Assembly (NCBI GenBank): GCA_041749075.1
Contig: JBGTBY010000031.1
Span: 148,342 to 212,341, forward strand
From: Balneolales bacterium
GTDB lineage: Bacteria > Bacteroidota > Rhodothermia > Balneolales > HLUCCA01
Direction of reading: 5' to 3'
Length of the DNA stretch: 64,000 nt
This document shows positions 19,997 through 29,145 of this stretch, piece by piece. Each line of letters starts with the position of its first letter. Positions within the stretch are counted from its first letter, which is position 1. The position numbers and the translations under genes are program-made. The notes under the pieces were generated by a model. It had not been told where the DNA came from. It did not search any database and saw only the letters and a program-made list of their open reading frames with translations.

Positions 19997-20522
19997 ATGA
20001 AACTCATAGTCCTTCTATTGTTATTCATTCCGATGAGCGCGCAGGCGCAGACATTGCCTTTTGTGAAGGTGGACGGAAACCGGTTCGTGAATGAACATGG
20101 TGAAACTGTGGTGTTCCGTGGAATGTCCACATCCGATCCCGACCGTCTTGAAAAAGCCGGGGAAATGGAACAAAACGTACTTGCAAGCCGCCCGCGATTG
20201 GAACTCGAATGTGGTGCGGTTTCCGGTCCATCCTGCAGCCTGGCGCGAGCGAGGCGAGCAAGGGTTTCTGATATGGCTGGATGACGACATCAAATGGGCC
20301 GGTGAGCTGGGGATGAATGTGATCATCGATTGGCACAGCATCGGAAATCTGCGGACAGAAGTGTTCCAAGCACCGATTTACAACACCTCGAATGCCGAAA
20401 CCTATCGGTTTTTGCGGACGATCGCGGCGCGATATAAAGACATTCCGGTGATCGGTGATGAAACCTATGGCGAAGCGATCATCGGCTTTTTCAAGAAAAA
20501 GATGACCGAGCTGAATCGCTGA
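19997..20522 (+). pseudogene. Glycoside hydrolase family 5 (cellulase-like) remnant, frameshifted and 3'-truncated
   Basis: ORF 19997..20284 (signal peptide, FVKVDGNRFVNEHGETVVFRGMSTSDPDRLEKAG) continues in another frame in ORF 20091..20522 (WNKTYLQAARDWNSNVVRFPVHP...IIDWHS). The frame change lies at about 20157-20167. The reading frame ends before the expected NEP catalytic region. Confidence 0.6.
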
Positions 20523-20525
20523 TTA

Positions 20526-21755
20526 TTATTCTTTAAATGTGAGGATGAAGGTGGCGCCTTCGTTGGGTTTGCTATCCACTTCAATGCGACCACCCAAGCT
20601 GGTGATGTGGCTATGGATGAGGTAAAGGCCAATGCCTTTGCTGTCTTCGTTTCCATGGAAGGTTTCGCGAAAACCGAACAGCTTGTCGCGCATGGAATCG
20701 AGGTCGAATCCGAGCCCGTTGTCTGAAAAAATCACTTTAGAATAGCCGTTTCCAGATTGGGATGAGACATGCACCGATGGTCGTAAACCCGGTTTTTTGT
20801 ACTTGATAGAATTCGTGATAAGATTTAGAAACACACTTTCGAGAAACTTCAAGTTGAATCGAATCGTGGGTGCTTCACTGAAATCGAAATGGACATCCAA
20901 ATCGGCGCGATGAGTGAGGGAGCCGATCGAACCAAGCACACTGTGTAAGCATTCTTCGAGATCGCAATCTTCGAGACTCACAAGCAGGCTGTCTTTTGTA
21001 CTTAAGACATCCACATAAGCATCCAACGTTTTTTTGAGGCTGTCGGTCGCGGTTTTAAGAATTTGAATGAAACCGACGGTTTCGGGATCCTGGATTTTCG
21101 ACAGGTCGATGAGCTGAAACACGGCGAGCAAGTTATTCACTGGTGAGCGCAGATCATGAGCCGTAGTATAGGTGAGCTGCTTGAGGTCGCTGTTGATCCG
21201 CGTGAAGGAAGTGAGGAGTTCGTTCCGTGTGAGATCGAGCTTTTTCTTATGAGTGATGTTCTTGGCGATGGCATAGATCAGGCCGGCATCCCCGACAGGA
21301 ATGGAGGTCCAAGCCAGCCAAACCACATCGCCATTTTTGGTGATATACCGATTATCGAAATTAAGTAATGGCGAACCTTTAATCAGATGCTCGCGATGTT
21401 TTGCGGTAAGTTCACGATCATCCGGGTGGATGAATTCGGATATGGGCCGCGATCGAAGCTCATCAACCGAATACCCCAACAGTTGGCAAACAGCGGGGTT
21501 CACTTTCCGGAAATATCCATCGTTACCGGCTACGATCAAAAGATCGTGAGTGAGTTCGAAAAAAAGGTCGAGGTCGATGGCGTCGTCGATGCCCACAAAC
21601 GTAGTGGCTAAGTCGCAGGGGTTCTGTTGGTTAGCAATATATCGAAACGGGGTGGATTCATCAGGATGGAGTCGTTCGATGCAGCATATTTGCTGTGAAT
21701 CCGGACACGATGAGAAGCATAAGGAGATCGGATGGGGATGGTGGTGGGTCTCCAA
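20526..21755 (-). CDS. PAS-domain sensor histidine kinase
   Basis: PAS region (VNPAVCQLLGYSVDELRSRPISEFIHPDD), H-box TAHDLRSPVNNL, N-box NLITNSIKY, G-boxes DNGLGFD and GIGLYL. Start is uncertain because the first ~32 codons overlap the upstream ORF; an in-frame GTG at FVGIDD is possible. Confidence 0.8.
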   Translation of the reverse strand: METHHHPHPISLCFSSCPDSQQICCIERLHPDESTPFRYIANQQNPCDLATTFVGIDDAIDLDLFFELTHDLLIVAGNDGYFRKVNPAVCQLLGYSVDELRSRPISEFIHPDDRELTAKHREHLIKGSPLLNFDNRYITKNGDVVWLAWTSIPVGDAGLIYAIAKNITHKKKLDLTRNELLTSFTRINSDLKQLTYTTAHDLRSPVNNLLAVFQLIDLSKIQDPETVGFIQILKTATDSLKKTLDAYVDVLSTKDSLLVSLEDCDLEECLHSVLGSIGSLTHRADLDVHFDFSEAPTIRFNLKFLESVFLNLITNSIKYKKPGLRPSVHVSSQSGNGYSKVIFSDNGLGFDLDSMRDKLFGFRETFHGNEDSKGIGLYLIHSHITSLGGRIEVDSKPNEGATFILTFKE

Positions 21756-22146
21756 CGGTCGCCCTGTGGTTGAATCCGATGTATCGCCACGCTATGGAGG
21801 AATATAATGTGAGGACGACGCGCTTGGTGGAGTCGCTTATCTCGAAGCGTCGTGTGATCAAGCCCTTCGATTTCATGAGATAATCTTTGCCGTTGAGATG
21901 GATGCGGACTTTGGAATTCCATTTGGGTTGGATGCTACCAATGGCGATGTCGTTCATGACAATCGACGAGCTGAAATTAAAGAGGGATGTGGGGACGAAT
22001 TGAATTGTCGAATCCGCGAACGTTGCCAAGCCACGTGTTCCGAACAGGCTTTGGGATTTGACGCGGGCGAGAGTCGTGTCGTTATGGGTCAGGATGGAGA
22101 AAGATCCCTTAAAGGATGTGGTGCGAAGGAATAAATTGTTATTCAT
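21661..22146 (-). CDS. Hypothetical protein
   Basis: 161-aa ORF with no recognised family. Its last ~95 nt overlap the annotated kinase N-terminus. Confidence 0.35.
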   Translation of the reverse strand: MNNNLFLRTTSFKGSFSILTHNDTTLARVKSQSLFGTRGLATFADSTIQFVPTSLFNFSSSIVMNDIAIGSIQPKWNSKVRIHLNGKDYLMKSKGLITRRFEISDSTKRVVLTLYSSIAWRYIGFNHRATVGDPPPSPSDLLMLLIVSGFTANMLHRTTPS

Positions 22147-22156
22147 GAAGTATTAG

Positions 22157-22364
22157 TGTCCGCAAGTCCTCGATGTATTAATTCCGATGCAATAGAACCG
22201 ATTTTATAGGACGATGGTACGTGACAAATTGTGAAATGTGTGCAGGAGCCGGTTGACAAGCACAGATTCCACAGAGAAATTTCGTAATGATTCTTGTAAG
22301 TATCATTATGGTATTATTGAGGATAAGATTATTTGATAGGACAAAAAGTAACGCTGTCCGCAAG
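22157..22364 (+). repeat. TGTCCGCAAG-element, locus D (copies at 22157 and 22355)
   Basis: TGTCCGCAAG...GCACAGATTCCACAGAGAAATTTCGTAATGA...TTATTTGATAGGACAAAAAGTAACGCTGTCCGCAAG. Confidence 0.85.
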
Positions 22365-22384
22365 TCAACATAGATACCATGCAA

Positions 22385-23236
22385 TCAATCATCCAAAATC
22401 ACAACGGTCGCTCGTAGCTGATGCGCAGAAAAATACCCATACCCACCAATGATGTTCGTTGGGGCATTGATGGGTTCATTCGCTAGCGAAGCGATCAATC
22501 CTCCCGTGCGTCGACGCGCATCTAGGAATCGGTAATAACCCTCTTCTATATTCGACAAGACAACGATGACGGTATCTCCAGCCAGACCTGGATCCAGATC
22601 GATCTGTCGTCGGATTCGCCTTTCTTCAGCCACACGGTCTGTGAAAACCTCGCTGTGTAGCAAGAGATTCGAGTCTCGAAAAAAGAGAGAATCCAAATCA
22701 TCTCCTCCAACCGGCACATTGTACACATGGAGGGCGAAATAATTCTGTCCGACAGGATCATCAATAAAAATACGGAGGCGTTTCAAATCGAATACACCCA
22801 AACGTGTATTTTCATAGGTTGCGGTGTCGATGGAAATAGGTAGCATCCTCGTTGCTATCGCTTGTACCGACAGCCCGGTCGTTGAATCATAAACAGACAG
22901 ATAAACGAGTGATCCTGCCGCACTTTCTGGAGATTCACCACCGTAGAATCCAGGAATTCCTAGTGTTGGAAGAGTATCGGTTGTCAGTGAATTCGAGACC
23001 AAAATTCGTCCATCTGACACGAACAAGGAAGCGATTAAATCTTCTTCCAATGCATTGACAGATCGGCCGGAAAGTGGTGAGAAACTGCGAGTGGCGGTCA
23101 CAATCATGGTTTCGTTGTCTATCATCACACTCGATATGACCAAGGCTTCGTCAGCCGGATCTACCTTGAGAGGCAATTCGAATAGCTCGCATGAAGCGAG
23201 AATTATGACAAATAAGAATGGATAGAGTCGCATCAT
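22385..23236 (-). CDS. DUF4249-family lipoprotein (TonB-dependent-receptor partner)
   Basis: MMRLYPFLFVIILASCE lipobox. Sits immediately downstream of a CarboxypepD_reg-type TBDR, the usual DUF4249 context. Confidence 0.65.
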   Translation of the reverse strand: MMRLYPFLFVIILASCELFELPLKVDPADEALVISSVMIDNETMIVTATRSFSPLSGRSVNALEEDLIASLFVSDGRILVSNSLTTDTLPTLGIPGFYGGESPESAAGSLVYLSVYDSTTGLSVQAIATRMLPISIDTATYENTRLGVFDLKRLRIFIDDPVGQNYFALHVYNVPVGGDDLDSLFFRDSNLLLHSEVFTDRVAEERRIRRQIDLDPGLAGDTVIVVLSNIEEGYYRFLDARRRTGGLIASLANEPINAPTNIIGGYGYFSAHQLRATVVILDD

Positions 23237-25524
23237 TTGCTGTGAAATCGAAAATTATACGCGATGGATGGAAACACACCGAACAAGCCTTGCTGCATGT
23301 ATTCAAGGCTACTTCCGTTGGACCTGAAGCTGACTCTGTACGGCGCCGCGCGGTTATAAAAATTATAGGCACTCAAATGCCATTCACCTTGTCCATACTC
23401 TCGAAGGCGACCTTTGATGATCAGATTGATGTCCAATCGGTGGGATGAGGCCAATTCGATCGCATTTCGCTTGCTGTAAATAGGAACCAATTCGACGCCG
23501 GTAAGTGATGCATTCGGCATAAGGTATTGTCCCGTCTGGGCAGTCATATGGGCACCCGACATATAAACCCAACTCACTGACCAAAGCATGTTTTTCGATA
23601 AATCCACCATCGCAACAGCAGAGATGTTGTGTCTGCGGTCGAATCGATCAGGATAAGATTCGCCACCATTCAAACCTTCGAATTGACGATCCGTTTTGGA
23701 CAACGTGTATCCGATCCATCCGTTCGCCCACCCGCTGTGTTTCTGGATAAACAGCTCGAATCCACGTGAAAGCCCGTTTCCGCGCAACAATTCCGACTCG
23801 AAACGATCATTCAATATGAGTCGTGCGCCTTCTTTGTATTCAATGAGGTTTTCCATCCGTTTCGTAAACAACTCGACCGAATAGGTGATATCCAGCACCT
23901 TTTTGGATCCGAAATATCCGATACTGACTTGGTGGGCGGATTGGGGCTTCACATTTTCAGTAACCGGATACCAAAGATCTGTGGGAAGGGCGATGGCCGA
24001 CGACGAAACCCGATGCATGTATTGCCGCATCCGGCTATATCCAAATTTGATTGAATGATCTGCGCTGATCAGATATCGGATTGATGATCGTGGCTCGAAT
24101 CCACTATATGTCTTACCCGACCATGCCGACGAATACCGAATTCCATTCTCCATCCTCCAGCGATCATTCACATCCCAATCGACAGAGCCATGTAGTTCCG
24201 CTTCGGTACTACGGATATTGGGACTGTCAGAGGTTCCAATCAACTCCGAAATGTTTCCTGACGTGTTCACCACATTTGGACGAAATCCATGTGTCACCAC
24301 ACTTCCACCATATTGATATCGAAGTCCGTGTCTCGGGAAGGTTTCCCAATCCAACTTGATTCCGATGTCTTGGATTTTTGAGGTGATGAGAATCGAATTA
24401 TCGACGAAATCGCCTCGTATATCATAATTGAAGCGGGTTTGGTGCAAGGTGACATTCGAAAACGTTTTTCCACTTGCATACACATGGTTCCATCGAGCCG
24501 TCGTGATCCAATTCCCGAGAGTGAACCCGAAACCGAGGTCTTCTTCATTCTCGCTGCGGTCTTGAAAATTGAGGATATCATCTCCGAAATACGATGAAAG
24601 GTAGACGCGATCCGATTCCGAAATCCGGTAATTCAACTTCGCATTGACATCATAAAAATAGTAGGGAAGATCCACGTTCACCGATTTCAGCACTTGATCT
24701 ATATACGTGCGTCGACCCGCAAGCATGAAACTCATCCGATCTTTGATCAATGGCCCGTCGATCATGATACGCGATGTGAGCAAACCCACGCCTCCGCGCA
24801 CATTCCATCGTTCAAGACTCCCTTCGTTCATTCGGATGTCCAGAACGGATGACAATCGGCCTCCATAACGTGCTGGAAACGCACCTTTAACAAGTTGGAT
24901 GTCGTTTATCGCGTCTGTATTGAATACCGAGAAAAATCCAAACAGATGACCCACATTATAGATGACGGCATCATCAAGCAACACTAGATTTTGATCATCG
25001 GTCCCACCGCGGACGAACATGCCACCGGTTGCTTCATTTCCTTGGGTTACACCAGGCATGAGCTGCATCACTTTCAGGAGATCGGCTTCGCCAGCGAAGG
25101 ATGGAATTCGATTCACATCCGCGGGTTTGATGGAAATCGAACCCATGCGAACGGATTGAATCGCTTCTTGATGGATCCGATCGTCGGTGACGGTCACATC
25201 ACCCAGTTGTGTCGATTGCTCGACCAGCAGGATTTCTAGGATGGATGTGGAATCGGATAGGATTCGGATGTGTTTCGTTTCGAATCCGATATACGAAATG
25301 CGAACATCCGCTGGAATACGGGGAAGTGTGAGTGAGAAGAATCCGTAGTTGTTGGTCACGGTACCTCGACCACTTCCTTCATCCAATATTGTGGCTCCCA
25401 ATAGGGCTTCTTTATCAAAAGAATCATACACATACCCGCTGATGGTGACTTGAGCCAAGGTCACTTTCGTCACCCCAAAAGACATCAGAATCAGGAATGC
25501 GAGGAATCGGTTCATAGGCGCCAT
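23233..25524 (-). CDS. TonB-dependent receptor with N-terminal CarboxypepD_reg-like domain
   Basis: VTISGYVYDSFDKEALLGATI (CarboxypepD_reg-like). Plug motif GGMFVRGGTDDQNLVLLDDAVIYN. 763 aa barrel. Confidence 0.85.
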   Translation of the reverse strand: MAPMNRFLAFLILMSFGVTKVTLAQVTISGYVYDSFDKEALLGATILDEGSGRGTVTNNYGFFSLTLPRIPADVRISYIGFETKHIRILSDSTSILEILLVEQSTQLGDVTVTDDRIHQEAIQSVRMGSISIKPADVNRIPSFAGEADLLKVMQLMPGVTQGNEATGGMFVRGGTDDQNLVLLDDAVIYNVGHLFGFFSVFNTDAINDIQLVKGAFPARYGGRLSSVLDIRMNEGSLERWNVRGGVGLLTSRIMIDGPLIKDRMSFMLAGRRTYIDQVLKSVNVDLPYYFYDVNAKLNYRISESDRVYLSSYFGDDILNFQDRSENEEDLGFGFTLGNWITTARWNHVYASGKTFSNVTLHQTRFNYDIRGDFVDNSILITSKIQDIGIKLDWETFPRHGLRYQYGGSVVTHGFRPNVVNTSGNISELIGTSDSPNIRSTEAELHGSVDWDVNDRWRMENGIRYSSAWSGKTYSGFEPRSSIRYLISADHSIKFGYSRMRQYMHRVSSSAIALPTDLWYPVTENVKPQSAHQVSIGYFGSKKVLDITYSVELFTKRMENLIEYKEGARLILNDRFESELLRGNGLSRGFELFIQKHSGWANGWIGYTLSKTDRQFEGLNGGESYPDRFDRRHNISAVAMVDLSKNMLWSVSWVYMSGAHMTAQTGQYLMPNASLTGVELVPIYSKRNAIELASSHRLDINLIIKGRLREYGQGEWHLSAYNFYNRAAPYRVSFRSNGSSLEYMQQGLFGVFPSIAYNFRFHSK

Positions 25525-26216
25525 TCGATTCCGAAATGTGTGCCTCGTGATGTGCCTCTGAATCGGGACCCATCGATTTTCATGAGCCAGAGGGTTGGTT
25601 GCTGTTCGAGGAGGAGAAACGAATTTCGGGTGATTCGGAACCGCATTCCGAGCATGGCACCAAGGCCGAATTGGGATCCATTTGATGCGAAAAAGCGGTC
25701 AGAACCGTGACGAATCCGGCTTCCGGTTGGAAAACCAAGTAACAGATGCCCACCTAGTCGGAATGAGAAGCGATTGTCCGATAGATACAGGCGATTGTAC
25801 CCTCCAGAAACATTGAAGAATTGGTTTTGGGATCGGATTCGTAGTGTATCGGAGTCCACATTCAATAAATAAAGCGATGTCATGGATTCGGAACGCCCGA
25901 AACCAGCCCAGGCTTCGGCATTGGGATGATCGGAATTCTGGAAACGGAATCGGAATTGAATTCCACCCGTGGAATGCCTGGGCACGAGTGTGAAAAATGC
26001 AGCACTATCAGCAGGATGGAAAAGGATGGGATTTCGGGAATCCGCTACGAAATTGGAATATGAAGGGCCCCTTAGATCACCCTCAAAGACGGATAGGACC
26101 GCATCCGAGCCAGTCAATCTCCATCCACTTATTTGTGCGAAAAGAGGCGCCGGAATAAGGCAAGTTAGCGCAAAAACGAGTGTGACCGTGGTTGAAAAAA
26201 AGGTTGATCGACACAT
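25512..26216 (-). CDS. Hypothetical secreted, outer-membrane beta-barrel-like protein
   Basis: Likely start MCRSTFFSTTVTLVFALTCLIPAPLFAQ (signal peptide). Alternating beta-strand-like pattern. First gene of the TBDR-DUF4249 operon. Confidence 0.45.
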   Translation of the reverse strand: MCRSTFFSTTVTLVFALTCLIPAPLFAQISGWRLTGSDAVLSVFEGDLRGPSYSNFVADSRNPILFHPADSAAFFTLVPRHSTGGIQFRFRFQNSDHPNAEAWAGFGRSESMTSLYLLNVDSDTLRIRSQNQFFNVSGGYNRLYLSDNRFSFRLGGHLLLGFPTGSRIRHGSDRFFASNGSQFGLGAMLGMRFRITRNSFLLLEQQPTLWLMKIDGSRFRGTSRGTHFGIEWRL

Positions 26217-26322
26217 GTTGGCCTGCTCAAAATGAGCTATTGATCCCAAATTCATTCTTGTGAAGGGGCAGTATATTCACAATTCATCTGAAAAGCATAA
26301 GTTGCACACCATGATGCAACAT

Positions 26323-26427
26323 GCACAGATTCCACAGATTAATTACGTAATGAAATTGTGATGTAATTGTAATTTAAATAAATGTTTACGAGCATTTGAC
26401 AGTGGAGTAAGTAACACTGTCCGCAAG
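26323..26427 (+). repeat. TGTCCGCAAG-element, locus E (core only, one copy at 26418)
   Basis: GCACAGATTCCACAGATTAATTACGTAATGA...CATTTGACAGTGGAGTAAGTAACACTGTCCGCAAG. Ends 32 nt upstream of the yfcC-like ATG. Confidence 0.85.
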
Positions 26428-26459
26428 TCTACATAACAATCTATCAAATCGTCCTGTTC

Positions 26460-27941
26460 ATGAACTTCCCCACGCCGCACACCACCCTATTCGTCATCCT
26501 CATCCTCGCGGCGACGGCCACATGGCTCCTCCCCGCCGGACAGTACGATACCCTGCGTTACTCCGCCGAAGATTCGGCCCTTATTCTGAGTTCTCTCGAC
26601 ACCGAACGCCAGCTAGCACCTACCCAAGCCACGCTCGACAGCCTTGGCCTACCCACCCGCATCGCTCAGTTCACGAATGGTGAGCTCACGCGTCCAGTGA
26701 AAGTGCCAAACACGTATCGCAGCCTCGAACCAGCCGGCCAGGGCCCCATCTCGATTCTTTACGCCGCATTGAAAGGCACCTATGATGCCATCGACATCAT
26801 CCTGCTCGTCATGATGATCGGAGGCTTCATCCGAATTTATAACACATCCGGTGTATTGCAAATCGGCATCCAACATCTGGCATTGCGATTTCGTGGCCAC
26901 GAACGATGGCTCATCGTCATCATTGCGACACTGATGACCGCCGGTGGAACCACGTTCGGACTCGGTGAAGAAACCATCGCATTCTATCCGATCTTGGTTC
27001 CGATTTTTCTCGCGGCGGGCTACGACCGATTGGTTCCGGTCGCTGTGATTTTCGCTGGATCCCAATTCGGGATCATGGCATCCACGGTCAATCCGTTCAG
27101 CGTCATCATCGCATCGGACGCGGCAGGAGTGGCATGGGACAGCGGTATCGCCCTTCGGATTGCCATGCTCATTCTCGGATTTGCCGCGATTGTCTGGTAC
27201 ACCATCCGATATGCTGAATCGGTGAGAAAAAATCCAACGATGAGTTTGCTTTCTTTGGATGAGCGTGCGGATGCGCTTCCCTATTCGACCGACATCCCGA
27301 CTGACATCACACCCATGACATGGCGCCATAAAGCCATGCTTTCACTATTCGGATTGACGTTTGTGGCCATGATCGTCGGTATCACGATGTTTCATTGGTG
27401 GATGCTCGAAATGTCGGCGCTGTTTCTGGGTTCGGCCGTGTTATCTGGCATCCTACTCGGATTGAAAGAAAAAACACTCGTCCATGAATTCATTCTAGGA
27501 GCGGGCGAGATGGTTGGCGTGTCGCTCATCATCGGTTTAGCTCGCGGTGTGACCGTTCTGATGAACGATGGGTTGATCATCGATACGGTTCTGCACAGTG
27601 CGACAGGACTGATGGCCGGAATGCCTCAATCCGTGTTTCTTTTCGGACTCATTGTCGTGTTTTTTGTGCTGTGCTTTTTCATCACAAGCACATCCGGCTT
27701 GGCCTTGATCACCATGCCAATTTTCGGAGCCCTTGCCATCAGCAATGGGATTGCTGCCGAATCGATTGTGACGGCCTACTCCTTCGGCGTCGGAATGATG
27801 TTGATGATCGCTCCAACAGGGCTGGTGTTACCGAGCTTGGCGATGGTGAATGTGAAGCTTTCCACCTGGCTGAGATTCATCATGCCGCTGATCGGCATCC
27901 TGTTCGTGATATCAGCGTTGTTGATCGTGGTTGGAGGATAG
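26460..27941 (+). CDS. YfcC/DcuC-like anion/amino-acid transporter family membrane protein
   Basis: 493 aa with more than 10 TM segments. YfcC-like N-terminus (PHTTLFVILILAA). Confidence 0.65.
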   Translation: MNFPTPHTTLFVILILAATATWLLPAGQYDTLRYSAEDSALILSSLDTERQLAPTQATLDSLGLPTRIAQFTNGELTRPVKVPNTYRSLEPAGQGPISILYAALKGTYDAIDIILLVMMIGGFIRIYNTSGVLQIGIQHLALRFRGHERWLIVIIATLMTAGGTTFGLGEETIAFYPILVPIFLAAGYDRLVPVAVIFAGSQFGIMASTVNPFSVIIASDAAGVAWDSGIALRIAMLILGFAAIVWYTIRYAESVRKNPTMSLLSLDERADALPYSTDIPTDITPMTWRHKAMLSLFGLTFVAMIVGITMFHWWMLEMSALFLGSAVLSGILLGLKEKTLVHEFILGAGEMVGVSLIIGLARGVTVLMNDGLIIDTVLHSATGLMAGMPQSVFLFGLIVVFFVLCFFITSTSGLALITMPIFGALAISNGIAAESIVTAYSFGVGMMLMIAPTGLVLPSLAMVNVKLSTWLRFIMPLIGILFVISALLIVVGG

Positions 27942-27959
27942 TTAGGAGTGTATGTAGAC

Positions 27960-28166
27960 TGTCCGCAAGTGGTCAAACTGCCGATTCCGATTCCATATCA
28001 TCGTTTTTTAAGCTTCGTTTCTAGATTTGTTCTGTGAAAACGGTGCACGGGGTCTCGTTTTGTACAAATTCCACAGATAAATTACGTAACGATTTATCTT
28101 GTTAAGATTAAATATAATAATGAGTTGCGACTATTTGATAGCGCAATAAGTATGAGTGTCCGCAAG
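27960..28166 (+). repeat. TGTCCGCAAG-element, locus F (copies at 27960 and 28157)
   Basis: TGTCCGCAAGTGG...GTACAAATTCCACAGATAAATTACGTAACGA...CTATTTGATAGCGCAATAAGTATGAGTGTCCGCAAG. Confidence 0.85.
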
Positions 28167-28184
28167 TATCACTTTACTCAGCGC

Positions 28185-28988
28185 TTATCTCTTCAACTCT
28201 TCTAATTTCTTTGTCGCGAACGCCTTCATCTCGTCGTTCCCTACCTCAATCATGCGTTCATAAGCGGCGATCGCTTCAGGAATATTCCCGAGTTCTTCAT
28301 GCGACATTCCAAGCATGTAATAGACCGACCCATTTTCCGGATCCAGTCGAACGGCTTCCACCAAGTGCGGAATGGCCCGCGTATAGTCTCGATCCTGAAT
28401 GTGGCTCAATCCGATCACCGCTTTCGTGTTCCCATCCAGTGGGAAGGACTCGCTCAAACGTGTTGCAACGCTTCGGATATTCCGTGTGGGTGGATGTTCC
28501 ATGGCGATCCACTGTTGAAGGTGATCGTGCATGGTCATCAAAAACACGTCACGCGCCTCCTCCATCGGCTGATTTTTCTCCCATAACCACTGATGCTCAA
28601 AACGGTCGCTCGCATCCAGTAGATTCAGCATGAGGTCGGCCTGATCGTCGAAATACCCGCGCTGATTCATCGCGAAAATGGTTTTGAGCCACACGTCCAA
28701 GCGCCGCGGTTGAATGCCTACGGCCGTATTCAGATGCCGCAACGCCAATGTGAACAGCGAATCGGAACCGCTCCGGGAAGATCGCTCATAGTGAAAATTG
28801 AATGATGCCACATGCATATCGATATCATTCGGCGCAAACGTCTTCCATCTATTCAGATAGGCTTCCGTGGATGTGGAATCACCCTGATCAATCAGTTGAT
28901 ACGCGGTCTCAAGATCGTATTGAAGTTGCGCGGAAAGCGGACTCGCTATGGAAATAAGAATGAGAAGAAAAAACAGTCGGGATGTCAT
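28185..28988 (-). CDS. Tetratricopeptide-repeat protein with signal peptide
   Basis: Likely start MTSRLFFLLILISIASPLSAQ (the ORF extends to 29009). TPR-like AIPHLVEAVRLDPENGSVYYMLGMSHEELGNIPEAIAAYERMIEV. Confidence 0.7.
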   Translation of the reverse strand: MTSRLFFLLILISIASPLSAQLQYDLETAYQLIDQGDSTSTEAYLNRWKTFAPNDIDMHVASFNFHYERSSRSGSDSLFTLALRHLNTAVGIQPRRLDVWLKTIFAMNQRGYFDDQADLMLNLLDASDRFEHQWLWEKNQPMEEARDVFLMTMHDHLQQWIAMEHPPTRNIRSVATRLSESFPLDGNTKAVIGLSHIQDRDYTRAIPHLVEAVRLDPENGSVYYMLGMSHEELGNIPEAIAAYERMIEVGNDEMKAFATKKLEELKR

Positions 28989-29010
28989 TCTATCAATATA
29001 CCGACCCATT

Positions 29011-29117
29011 CTGCACAGATTTCACAGTTTTTTTACGTAATGAATCCTCTGTATAAGAGTAGTAAATACAGAATCATGCGACGATTTGATAGGTCAATAA
29101 GTATGTGTGTCCGCAAG
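29011..29117 (+). repeat. TGTCCGCAAG-element, locus G (core only, one copy at 29108)
   Basis: CTGCACAGATTTCACAGTTTTTTTACGTAATGA...hairpin TCTGTAT/ATACAGA...CGATTTGATAGGTCAATAAGTATGTGTGTCCGCAAG. Confidence 0.85.
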
Positions 29118-29145
29118 TCCCCTTTCTCCTTACTTTTCCCATCTT

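Noticed and set aside
13586-29117. The TGTCCGCAAG copies as a CRISPR array
   Set aside because: The repeat is only 10 nt, or about 35 nt with its conserved box. Spacing is irregular (about 110 nt to 3.7 kb), protein genes lie between copies, and no cas genes are present.
29107-29145. Track start codons that extend into repeat elements or add implausible N-termini (29107, 17635, 18159, 41609, 48079, 50064, 55709, 56368, 62059, 62565)
   Set aside because: The extensions overlap upstream genes or repeats and lack signal or domain content. Internal Mets give canonical N-termini, often with ATGA/TGATG coupling to the upstream stop.
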